Source: Candidatus Moraniibacteriota bacterium (lineage in GTDB: Bacteria > Patescibacteriota > Minisyncoccia > Moranbacterales > DUUL01). Taken from it: a stretch of DNA of 64,000 nt. Made by a program: the position numbers and the translations under genes. Position 1 is the stretch's first letter. The number at the start of each line of letters is the position of its first letter. Below are positions 29,126-37,027 of this stretch, piece by piece. A model generated the notes under the pieces. That model was given only the letters and a program-made list of their open reading frames with translations, searched no databases and was not told where the DNA came from. The stretch is taken from positions 1,214 to 65,213 of the forward strand of contig JBFHIG010000005.1 in NCBI GenBank assembly GCA_041596615.1, read 5' to 3'.

Positions 29126-29864
29126 TCCACAGATTCAACTTGCCAAAATATCGGACTTTTTCGCCGACATTCTTTTTCCAGTTAAATGCATAAGCTGTGG
29201 AAAAGAAGGAGTTTTTATTTGCAAAAAATGTCTCGAAACAATCCCCAAAAACTCTTTTCAAATCTGCCCTGTTTGCGAAAAAACCATTATGCCTAATGGG
29301 GATATTTGCAGACTTTGCAAGGAAAATTCAGATTCACCTCTCAACCGACTATTTGTAGTTTCTGATTACCAAAATAAGTTGCTGGCAAGGGCGATTCACT
29401 CTTTTAAATATAACTTCGTAAGCGAACTATCAGAGCCCTTGGGAGAGTTGATGGTGAGAACAATGTCACATCTTAGCAGCTTTCCGATTCCAGAAATAAT
29501 AATCCCCATCCCCTTGCATCGCAGAAGATTGCGCTGGAGAGGTTTCAATCAATCAGAGTTACTCTCGAATGTAATTGCCAAAAATCTCCTTCCTGGGATG
29601 GAAATTGAGGTTCTGACTGATGCAATCGAGCGCAAGCGTTTCACTAAATCTCAAATGAAAGTAAAAGACCACGAAGCCAGACAACGAAACATGGAGGATT
29701 GTTTTGTGGCAAACACTGATTTCTACAAAAAAATAAAAACTAAAAGAATTCTTTTAGTTGACGACGTTTGCACAACTGGCTCCACTATAGGTGAATGTGC
29801 AAAAGAGCTCAGAAAATTGCACCCCAAATCAATCTCCGCAGTTGTGTTGGCGAGGCAGAGCTAG
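29064..29864 (+). CDS. comF: ComF family protein (phosphoribosyltransferase-like, competence-associated)
   Basis: 266 aa. Zinc-finger region FPVKCISCGKEG...CKKC...CPVC...CRLC. PRT motif ILLVDDVCTTGSTI. The only ATG gives a 62-nt overlap with clpC, so the start is uncertain. Confidence 0.8.
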   Translation: MSKSQSQTKKKESLPRLSKNSPQIQLAKISDFFADILFPVKCISCGKEGVFICKKCLETIPKNSFQICPVCEKTIMPNGDICRLCKENSDSPLNRLFVVSDYQNKLLARAIHSFKYNFVSELSEPLGELMVRTMSHLSSFPIPEIIIPIPLHRRRLRWRGFNQSELLSNVIAKNLLPGMEIEVLTDAIERKRFTKSQMKVKDHEARQRNMEDCFVANTDFYKKIKTKRILLVDDVCTTGSTIGECAKELRKLHPKSISAVVLARQS

Positions 29865-29939
29865 TGACAAACTCAAGCCAGTCCGTAAAGTTTGTAATGT
29901 TTATAAAGTTTTCAAAGTTGGGGAAAATAACGCGTGATA

Positions 29940-29971
29940 ATTTTCAATTTTCAATTCTCAATTTTCAATTT
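29940..29971. repeat. heptamer tandem repeat (ATTTTCA x about 4.5)
   Basis: Reads attttca attttca attctca attttca attt. Lies about 75 nt after the comF stop, at the start of a 490-bp noncoding region. Confidence 0.8.
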
Positions 29972-30165
29972 ATTTAGTTTTTTGTTGTCATCCTCGTGCA
30001 TACGGGGATCCACCTCGGTGAGCCTCGGGCGAGACGGGTCCATTAGGCTCTATCTAGCAATTTTTTACACAAATCATTCCCTTTTAAATCTTTCGCAGTG
30101 CAAGCAATGCAGTGCTTTTGCAGCTTGTGTTGAATTTTTTGTTATCCAGTCTAATGGATTGCGCT

Positions 30166-30196
30166 GGTCCGAGTTTCTAACTCGGACCTTTATTTC
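30166..30196 (+). terminator. intrinsic terminator inside the comF / L,D-transpeptidase gap
   Basis: Perfect 8-bp GC-rich stem ggtccgag / ctcggacc, 7-nt loop, followed by tttatttc. There is no T-run on the opposite strand. Confidence 0.65.
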
Positions 30197-30356
30197 AAGA
30201 CACAATAAGAAAAGCACTCTTTGGGAACACAAACTACAAACCTTGAACCGGGTTACAAAACCGCTCCAGCGCAAAATATACCAATAACTAACCGTTGATA
30301 AATTTCCTATTTTATGCTTAGCTAAAGACAAAGGGGAAACAGTAAAAAATAAACAC

Positions 30357-31145
30357 ATGAAAAAGCAATATTATATAATAATAACCTTTTTTCTTGCCTC
30401 AGCGCTGTTTGTTTTTGGCGGAAATATCGCAAAAGCGAAAAGTGATGACTTGCAAAGAGGTTCTTGGTGGGGACAAATCAATAATAACTCAGTTGTAGTT
30501 CGTAAGGACCCTAGTAGCAAATCAAAGCGGCTAGGAGTTTTTTATACCATAAACCGAGTTAAGGTCCTGAAAACCATAAGTGGCGAAAATATCGAAGGAA
30601 ACGACCAATGGTATCAAATTGATGGAGGCGCATATCCCGGAGCGTATATTTTCTCAGGACTAGTGACTAAAATCGATCAACCTACCCCACCTAAAAACTT
30701 GGCACGCCCAAATGATGTTGGTGAAAGTGAATATTGGATTGATGTTGATTTAACCAGAAAAATTTTGACTCTCGTTAAGGGCAAAGAGCCTGTGTTTGTA
30801 ACCTACGTTGCAACAGGGAGAAACGACTCACCCACAATAACAGGTACTTTTCGGATGTGGTACAAAACTCGTAATATAAGAATGAGTCTTGCTCCACCAG
30901 TGGTGCCACGCGCCTATGACTTGCCCAATGTACCAGACTCAATGTTCTACTATCGATCATATGCTATTCACGGGACCTATTGGCACGATAAATTCGGCTC
31001 GCAACAAAGTTCAGGTTGCACCAATCTTACGCGCGGTGACGCTACTTATCTATTTTCAATAACCAGTCCTAGCTTAAAAGAAAACCAAAAGGCGTTGAAA
31101 ATTGGTTCAGAAATTTCTAGCACTATGGTGGTGAATCACTATTAA
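30357..31145 (+). CDS. secreted L,D-transpeptidase (YkuD family) with N-terminal SH3b-like domain
   Basis: 262 aa. Signal/TM YYIIITFFLASALFVFGG. Catalytic motif YAIHGTYWHDKFGSQQSSGCTNL. Confidence 0.85.
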   Translation: MKKQYYIIITFFLASALFVFGGNIAKAKSDDLQRGSWWGQINNNSVVVRKDPSSKSKRLGVFYTINRVKVLKTISGENIEGNDQWYQIDGGAYPGAYIFSGLVTKIDQPTPPKNLARPNDVGESEYWIDVDLTRKILTLVKGKEPVFVTYVATGRNDSPTITGTFRMWYKTRNIRMSLAPPVVPRAYDLPNVPDSMFYYRSYAIHGTYWHDKFGSQQSSGCTNLTRGDATYLFSITSPSLKENQKALKIGSEISSTMVVNHY

Positions 31146-31221
31146 ACTTACTATCTTTTAGCTAAAAATCCTATCAAAAAACATCCCTTGGATCAAACTG
31201 GGATGTTTTTAATTATTGGTA

Positions 31222-31818
31222 TTATTTTTTATCCTCACTGGAAAGACGGGATATTATCTGATTAAGTTTTCTGACAGGATTCACGCTTCGTAATGTTACC
31301 TGTTTTGATATCTTGGTGGTGCTGATAAATTTATATACCGCGCTTTTACTTAAGTTGCCCATACTCACATTCCATAACACTGCCCCAGAGACATATTTCA
31401 CCTTGTCCATTTTAGGGTCCATATGTATTTCTTTTAAAATATCAGGGTTATCGATTTCTTCCCATAAAAATATAACATTCGTCATCATCCCTTTTCCTAT
31501 TTCCCAGGAAACAGGAATTTCCTTACAAGTTTTTAATATATTTTGCGCACCTCGCACTAGCACTTTTATCTCAAACGGAAAATCCTTTTGAATCCTCCCC
31601 TCTATCTTTTGAGCTATTTTTTCTTGATCCTTACTGGCATACGAAAAAACAACATTCCCCGAATTGCCATACGTAACAACGTTTTCAAACCCCAGCGACT
31701 CGAAAGTTTCTTTGAGATACATCATGGATATCTTGCGATGTCCACCAATGTTGATACCGCGTAAAAACGCAACATATATCATAAGCATTTTACCTTTATG
31801 TTTATCTCTTATCTTCAC
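31222..31818 (-). CDS. DUF1697 family protein
   Basis: 198-aa ORF. MIYVAFLRGINIGGHRKISMMYLKETFESLGFENVVTYGNSGNVVF. The true start is probably M11 or M13. Confidence 0.7.
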   Translation of the reverse strand: MKIRDKHKGKMLMIYVAFLRGINIGGHRKISMMYLKETFESLGFENVVTYGNSGNVVFSYASKDQEKIAQKIEGRIQKDFPFEIKVLVRGAQNILKTCKEIPVSWEIGKGMMTNVIFLWEEIDNPDILKEIHMDPKMDKVKYVSGAVLWNVSMGNLSKSAVYKFISTTKISKQVTLRSVNPVRKLNQIISRLSSEDKK

Positions 31819-31872
31819 TTTCTGCTATAAATTTTTGAGGAATATTACAATGTCCACATAGATCTATTCCGC

Positions 31873-32514
31873 TCACATACTTTGAATCAAATTTTGTTTA
31901 ATTAAGAATTCCTTTATTCTGACAAACATTTTCTTATGACCAATCTCATTTGGATGAAGCCCATCAGGGAGATCAGTCTTTTCCAAAACATCTAGCATAT
32001 CAATAAAGTGGAGTCCATTTTGCTTGCAATAGTCTTTCGCAATTTCATTATATTCTTCTATGATGTCATTTCTCCAGCAAACGATTCGACGTTCCACAAC
32101 CGCTTGCCACGGATTGGCTTTTTCTTCATCAACTCCAGTCATCCCCACAAAAACAATTTCATCAATATTTCTATCCCCGATTTGGTGGATTTTTGATATA
32201 TTTTCAAGGAATTTTATTTTGTCTATTTCAGGGCCTCCTTCTATATTATTAATAATCCGAGTATCATTGATGGGAATTCCAACTAATAATAAGGCCTTCT
32301 TTTCTGGCTCTGTGCTCTTTCTTGGGAATATTTCACCTTCAATTCTTGCTACTATTTGACTAGAGTCTTCACCACTAATGGCTAAATTAAAAACATGGCA
32401 AAATTGTCCAGTCTTAGCAAAATAGTTTTTAAGCCGAACAACCCAACCACCAACAACCCAATCATTCGAACCAAATGCAATGCTATCGCCGAAAACGAGT
32501 ATCTTTTTTATCAT
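31873..32514 (-). CDS. SGNH/GDSL hydrolase
   Basis: 213 aa. Block I ILVFGDSIAFG. Block V DGLHPNEIGH. Confidence 0.75.
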   Translation of the reverse strand: MIKKILVFGDSIAFGSNDWVVGGWVVRLKNYFAKTGQFCHVFNLAISGEDSSQIVARIEGEIFPRKSTEPEKKALLLVGIPINDTRIINNIEGGPEIDKIKFLENISKIHQIGDRNIDEIVFVGMTGVDEEKANPWQAVVERRIVCWRNDIIEEYNEIAKDYCKQNGLHFIDMLDVLEKTDLPDGLHPNEIGHKKMFVRIKEFLIKQNLIQSM

Positions 32515-32625
32515 AGACTATTTTTAATTGTGAATGCTTAAATGTTAGCAATTAAGAAATATGTTTGCAAATAATATCCTTATGACTTGCATTGGTCCAG
32601 TCCTAACTATTATTATTTTTCACAA

Positions 32626-33204
32626 TTACTTCACAAATGGTTTCTCTCCTCCAAAAACTATCCTCGGCACATGATTATTTATAAATTCTTCCGAAACTCC
32701 ATATTTTTTAGCATACAAGGGGCTCACACATCCAAAAAAGGCTTGCTCATAATCAAATCCTAATTTTTCCGAAACATTCTTCACTGCATATTCAGATTCC
32801 CCTTCGATTTCTACCAATGGTTCAAGAAATGGCCACTCGTCGAGGGTTATTTCAACGTCGTCTAATTTCCAAAGTTCTCTTTTGGTTTCTTGATAGGATT
32901 TCTTTCTGCATCCAATGATTTCCAAAAGCTCCACAGCTTCGTCAAAATTGTCCACCGTCAAACCGATTTCTTTTTGATTTTCGATTCTGTCTCCATCAAC
33001 TATTTTCACAATCATCGTAATCCTATCTCCCTCGTCCCTCACTCGTAGCCACGCATCATCCCTTTTTTGACTCTCGGGAAAATTGAATGTCACTCGCTTT
33101 TGCAAAAATTCCGGTCGCGAAAGTTTCGCTCCTGCTTTTTTAAGCCGTCCTCTTATTTCATCCTTATCGACATCAGTGAATGTCGCTTCGTATTCGATTT
33201 GCAT
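32626..33204 (-). CDS. CYTH-domain protein (CyaB/triphosphatase-like)
   Basis: Start placed at M21 (MQIEYEATF, the EXEXK-type opening strand). This avoids overlap with the upstream gene, whose stop is at 33209. RVRDEGDRITMIVK and WPFLEPLVEIEGES also fit. Confidence 0.65.
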   Translation of the reverse strand: MQIEYEATFTDVDKDEIRGRLKKAGAKLSRPEFLQKRVTFNFPESQKRDDAWLRVRDEGDRITMIVKIVDGDRIENQKEIGLTVDNFDEAVELLEIIGCRKKSYQETKRELWKLDDVEITLDEWPFLEPLVEIEGESEYAVKNVSEKLGFDYEQAFFGCVSPLYAKKYGVSEEFINNHVPRIVFGGEKPFVK

Positions 33205-33208
33205 AAAA

Positions 33209-33865
33209 TTATACTTTCGATTTATCATTTTCCCCTTCGACCTCTTCAATCCTATACATGCCATCCTCCTGCATTCTTATATATTGCTTATCTGTGAGTA
33301 GGATAAATTTATATTTCTCACCATACATATGTTCAAACCGATGCTTCAAAAACTGATCTCTTTTGTCTTCTCGTCCAAAATGTGGAACAGGAATAAAATC
33401 CACCAAACCATAACCGTCAAAACTGTTCAGTTTCGCGAACCATCCATCATGGTCTGATTTATATAAAGGATAAATATTTGGTCCAGCGACAATTGACCCT
33501 GCGCTTTGACCTATGTAGATTCCACCCTTTACGATGAATTTCTTTATGACTTTTGCGAAATCATTCTCCTCAGATTGATACAATAAATATGCGCTATTGC
33601 CACCAGCTATATACGCGATATCCACAACACTCAACGCTTCCTCAATCTCGCTTTCCGTCTTGCCAGTGATTGTATATCTAGTTATCTCAAACCCCAACTG
33701 TTCCATTTTTTGTCTTGCATCATCAATCCAGGGCTTGTCACCTTCGTGCATTTCTCCAGAAGTTTCAATAAATAAAGTTTTCTTTTTGTTTTCAAAATCA
33801 AAATGCTTCACAACATCATGCACAACAGTCGCTGCGTCAGATGTTAAAAAAATATTATTTTTCAT
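33209..33865 (-). CDS. peptidase S51 (dipeptidase E-like)
   Basis: 218 aa. IAYIAGGNSAYLL and nucleophile context YIGQSAGSIVAGPNI. Confidence 0.75.
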   Translation of the reverse strand: MKNNIFLTSDAATVVHDVVKHFDFENKKKTLFIETSGEMHEGDKPWIDDARQKMEQLGFEITRYTITGKTESEIEEALSVVDIAYIAGGNSAYLLYQSEENDFAKVIKKFIVKGGIYIGQSAGSIVAGPNIYPLYKSDHDGWFAKLNSFDGYGLVDFIPVPHFGREDKRDQFLKHRFEHMYGEKYKFILLTDKQYIRMQEDGMYRIEEVEGENDKSKV

Positions 33866-33998
33866 ATAAATTGGTTGTTATTTAGATACTTATAAATTTT
33901 CAGAATTAGCGCCTAACTTTAAGTATTTATGATCCCAGAATCGCGCTGGAGCAGATTTACTTGCCATAACAAGAACTGATGACTAAATTTTACTAATT

Positions 33999-35168
33999 CT
34001 ATTCTATAATTTCTTTAAGATTAATTTTTCTATATTTATCATTACCCCCTATATAACTGACATTAATTTCAACTTCTTCATCCTTAAAATTTAATTCAGC
34101 AAAAGTTCCTTGATATTTTTCATTCTTCACGACTCCAGGAAAAACAAAATATTTAACATCGTCAATTTTGTCAAAATAAAAATCTTCAATATGCCCGGAG
34201 AAAACGGCCGTAACATTATTATCCTTAAAAACTTTTTGCAATTTCAGGGCATTGAGTGGCAGCCCACTGTTGGAGCGAACATCAACACTCCAAATTGGTG
34301 GGTGGTGAATAAAAACAACTTTCTTTTTATCAGTCTTAAGCTCTTTTTCAAGCCATTCAATTTGTTTTGCAGAAACATTCCCACGAGTATAATATTCCCC
34401 CGGCCTAATATCATTATTACTTTTATCATAGTTACTATCCATGATGATTATTCTATAATTCCTAACATCAAAAGATTTCACCAAATAATCAATCTCCAAA
34501 GACTTTTTCCAAGTATCTTTATCAACTGCTCTCAGGTCGTGATTTCCTAAGACCCAATATTTAGGAATTGCAGTTTTATCAAAAAGCTTCTTAACCGACC
34601 TCAATTCTCCACTTCCGACTTCTTCGTCCCTGCCTGTTCCTTCTATAACATCGCCGTTAATTACTATAAAGTCAGGACCAAAATCATTATTCATTTCCTC
34701 TGTGAAATAGTTTATTCTTTCTTTGAAAATTTCCTTGATTATTCTAATATCCCTACTCTTTCCTGAATTTGATTTTGCATGAATATCCGTAATAAAACCA
34801 ATCTTAAGTTCATTTTCTCCATATTCCTTCCCAGTAAAAGGCAATGCCTCTGAGGAATCTTCTTCGGTCTCTTCGAACACTTCAGTCTCTTCCTTCGATT
34901 CGGCTTCTTCAATCGTTTCCGTTTCCTCAGTAATATCCAATTCACTGATATCTTCTTCAATATATGCCTCTATCTCATCCTCTAAACCTTCTCCAAGATT
35001 TTCAGTTTCTTCGGTCATTTCAACGTCTAAATATTCCTGAACTTCTTTCTTTGCATCATCCTCCATTTTCTTGCTGGTTATTTTAAAGCTAGAAAAAAAG
35101 ACTAGCAAGGAGGCTAAAAGTACTGCAAGGATTACAAATGCCCTCTTGTTAGTTATTAATGTTTTCAT
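33999..35168 (-). CDS. membrane-anchored metallophosphoesterase with acidic linker
   Basis: 389 aa. N-terminal TM AFVILAVLLASLLVFF, Glu/Asp-rich spacer, then FITDIHA, NGDVIEG, VLGNHD, FIHHPP, SGHIED. Confidence 0.75.
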   Translation of the reverse strand: MKTLITNKRAFVILAVLLASLLVFFSSFKITSKKMEDDAKKEVQEYLDVEMTEETENLGEGLEDEIEAYIEEDISELDITEETETIEEAESKEETEVFEETEEDSSEALPFTGKEYGENELKIGFITDIHAKSNSGKSRDIRIIKEIFKERINYFTEEMNNDFGPDFIVINGDVIEGTGRDEEVGSGELRSVKKLFDKTAIPKYWVLGNHDLRAVDKDTWKKSLEIDYLVKSFDVRNYRIIIMDSNYDKSNNDIRPGEYYTRGNVSAKQIEWLEKELKTDKKKVVFIHHPPIWSVDVRSNSGLPLNALKLQKVFKDNNVTAVFSGHIEDFYFDKIDDVKYFVFPGVVKNEKYQGTFAELNFKDEEVEINVSYIGGNDKYRKINLKEIIE

Positions 35169-35252
35169 TTTTTATACTAGTAAGTATTATAAAAAGACAA
35201 AGGGGGTAATTTAAAGACGAAAAGCATAAAAGCACTAGCAAAATCGTGTTTT

Positions 35253-36200
35253 TTAATTTCTTTTGATTTGATTTTGTTGAATCAAAAATCGGTCAAAAGC
35301 TAACCTTCTTATCTCATCTCCCTCTGCAGAGAAAGAATGTCCACTGGATGAAGCGATTATCATTTCTGAGTTTTTAAGAGCTTTATTAAGAATAAAGGCT
35401 TTCATTATTGGACAAAGTATATCATAACGCCCATGCACAATTATTGTTGGGATATTCTTTATTTTATCAATACCATTCATAATTTGATCATCCTCAACGA
35501 ACCATTCATTTTTTTCATAATGAAGATAGACCTTAACAGAAGCAATATCACCCTCTTCAACATCTTCTGGCGAAATATATGAAATCTTAGCTATTGGTGA
35601 ATATAAATTATCTTCCCAATTTGCAACTCCAGCAACAATTTCTTTTTGCTGCTCCAAATCATTTCCTTCAAGAAGCTCGGAAAGAGTTTTTGATGCTTCT
35701 TTGGGTGTTGTATTGTACTTTTCTAAAAATTTTGTTCTTTTCTCCAAAACATCTGGGACAAATTGTGCTGTGCCTTTAATGCCCTTGAAACTCCAGTCCG
35801 TGGACTCCCTATCGGCAAAAAAAATCGAGTAGAGAATCAAACCCATTGTCTTCTCGCTGTGTCCTTGGGCATATAAAAGTGCAAGTGTAGCACCCCAACT
35901 TCCACCTGATACATACCATCTTTCAATTCCCAATTGCTCTCGTATACGTTCAGCATCTCGCAATATATCCTCTGTTGTATTGTTTTCTAATTTTCCCTGG
36001 GGCATACTTTTGCCACATCCTCGTTGGTCAAACAAAATAACACAGTATTTTTCTAAATCGAAAAGCTCTGCATGCTTTGGCTTGCTTTTTGACCCAGGTC
36101 CTCCGTGAAAGAAAATAATGGCTGGCCCTTCTGGGTTTCCCCACTCAGAAAAAGAAACTGTGTGTCCATCCTTCTCTAAAAGTTTGTGTATTTTTTCCAT
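35253..36200 (-). CDS. pip: prolyl aminopeptidase (alpha/beta hydrolase, S33)
   Basis: 315 aa. GNPEGPAIIFFHGGPGS, FDQRGCGKS, nucleophile elbow VSGGSWGATLAL. Confidence 0.85.
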   Translation of the reverse strand: MEKIHKLLEKDGHTVSFSEWGNPEGPAIIFFHGGPGSKSKPKHAELFDLEKYCVILFDQRGCGKSMPQGKLENNTTEDILRDAERIREQLGIERWYVSGGSWGATLALLYAQGHSEKTMGLILYSIFFADRESTDWSFKGIKGTAQFVPDVLEKRTKFLEKYNTTPKEASKTLSELLEGNDLEQQKEIVAGVANWEDNLYSPIAKISYISPEDVEEGDIASVKVYLHYEKNEWFVEDDQIMNGIDKIKNIPTIIVHGRYDILCPIMKAFILNKALKNSEMIIASSSGHSFSAEGDEIRRLAFDRFLIQQNQIKRN

Positions 36201-36415
36201 GATTGTAAAAGTTGTTATATTTTCTCCAATAATATCACTAAAGGCTGCAAAGTTGCAAACGAAGTTATATCCTCTCCCTTAATCCAAAGGGGAGTTGGGG
36301 TGGGATATGGTCTGCGCAGGAAACCTTAACCCCTCCTAGTCTCCCTGCCTCGCTCTGGCTTGCCATGGCGGGCCCTTAAAACTAGTGGGAGGAATAACTG
36401 CTTTCCTGCAATTCG

Positions 36416-36453
36416 TTAGATGCATCTATAGAGGTCTCTATAGATGCATCTAA
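36416..36453. repeat. perfect 18-bp inverted repeat with 2-bp spacer (nested palindromes)
   Basis: TTAGATGCATCTATAGAG-GT-CTCTATAGATGCATCTAA. Each arm contains the self-complementary 12-mer TAGATGCATCTA (36417-36428 and 36441-36452). Confidence 0.95.
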
Positions 36454-36532
36454 ACCACCAATAGGAAAATTACTCTCGCTAGACAAATCCATAATAAAAT
36501 GATAAGTTAGGAAAGTTGAAACCTTGAAAGAA

Positions 36533-36891
36533 GAATAGTTTAAAATAACGGAGAGATGCCTGCCAGCCCAAGGCTGGTCCGCCTAGGGCGGAAGTGGTAA
36601 TATAATGCTATGCACTATGTTTATATACTACAAAGCAAGTCTTCTGGAAAATTGTACAAAGGATGTACGAGCGATTTAAGGCGAAGAATTGCAGAACACA
36701 ACAACCGAAAGGTTATTTCTACGAAAGCAGGTGTGCCATGGCGACTGATTTATTACCAAGGACTTCTCAACAAAAAAGATGCACTGCGTGAAGAAAAATT
36801 TTTAAAAAGTGGAAAAGGAAGAGAAAGATTGAAATATTTGCTAGAAGATACCTTAAAAACTGAATAGCTTAGAATAACGGAGAGATGCCTG
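36533..36891 (+). mobile_element. GIY-YIG cassette bounded by a 30-bp direct repeat that includes the first 13 nt of tRNA-Ser(GCT)
   Basis: 36533-36562 gaatagtttaaaataacGGAGAGATGCCTG versus 36862-36891 gaatagcttagaataacGGAGAGATGCCTG (28 of 30 identical). A weaker match extends about 12 nt further left. Two GC-rich hairpins and the GIY-YIG ORF lie between the copies. Confidence 0.6.
36610..36867 (+). CDS. small GIY-YIG nuclease family protein (COG2827/YhbQ-like)
   Basis: 85 aa. YVYILQSKSSGKLYKGCTSDLRRRIAEHN...PWRLIYYQ...REEKFLK carries the GIY, YIG, Arg and Glu hallmarks. Confidence 0.85.
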   Translation: MHYVYILQSKSSGKLYKGCTSDLRRRIAEHNNRKVISTKAGVPWRLIYYQGLLNKKDALREEKFLKSGKGRERLKYLLEDTLKTE

Positions 36892-36965
36892 AGCGGCTGA
36901 AAGGGGCACCCTGCTAAGGTGTTGGGCTTTCACGAGTCCCGGGAGTTCGAATCTCCCTCTCTCCG
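36879..36965 (+). tRNA. tRNA-Ser (anticodon GCT), long variable arm
   Basis: GGAGAGA-TG-CCT...AGG-G-GCACC-CTGCTAA-GGTGT-(long arm)-GGGAG-TTCGAAT-CTCCC-TCTCTCC-G. No encoded CCA. Confidence 0.9.
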
Positions 36966-36970
36966 CACAT

Positions 36971-37001
36971 AAAAAACATCCTATTTTGTAGGGTGTTTTT
37001 T
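36971..37001 (+). terminator. intrinsic terminator after tRNA-Ser(GCT)
   Basis: Stem acatccta / tagggtgt (one G-U pair), loop ttttg, T-run 36996-37001. Confidence 0.7.
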
Positions 37002-37027
37002 GATAGGAGTTTGTTACTTTAGAACTT

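Noticed and set aside
29934-30358. 117-aa plus-strand and 94-aa minus-strand ORFs in the comF / L,D-transpeptidase gap
   Set aside because: The translations are Phe/Leu/Ser-rich nonsense driven by the heptamer repeat and AT-rich sequence. They overlap each other and span a strong terminator. I treated the region as noncoding.
36201-36609. SRP (4.5S) RNA, tmRNA or 6S RNA in the long noncoding gaps (also 29865-30356 and 57309-57609)
   Set aside because: I looked for GGAAGCAGC and a GNRA-capped helix 8, and for the tmRNA tRNA-like 3' end GGTTCGA.TCC...CCA with a tag ORF. None was found. The long hairpin at 36317-36409 has a 1 x 6 internal loop and a CTTG/CAAG apex, which does not fit SRP domain IV.
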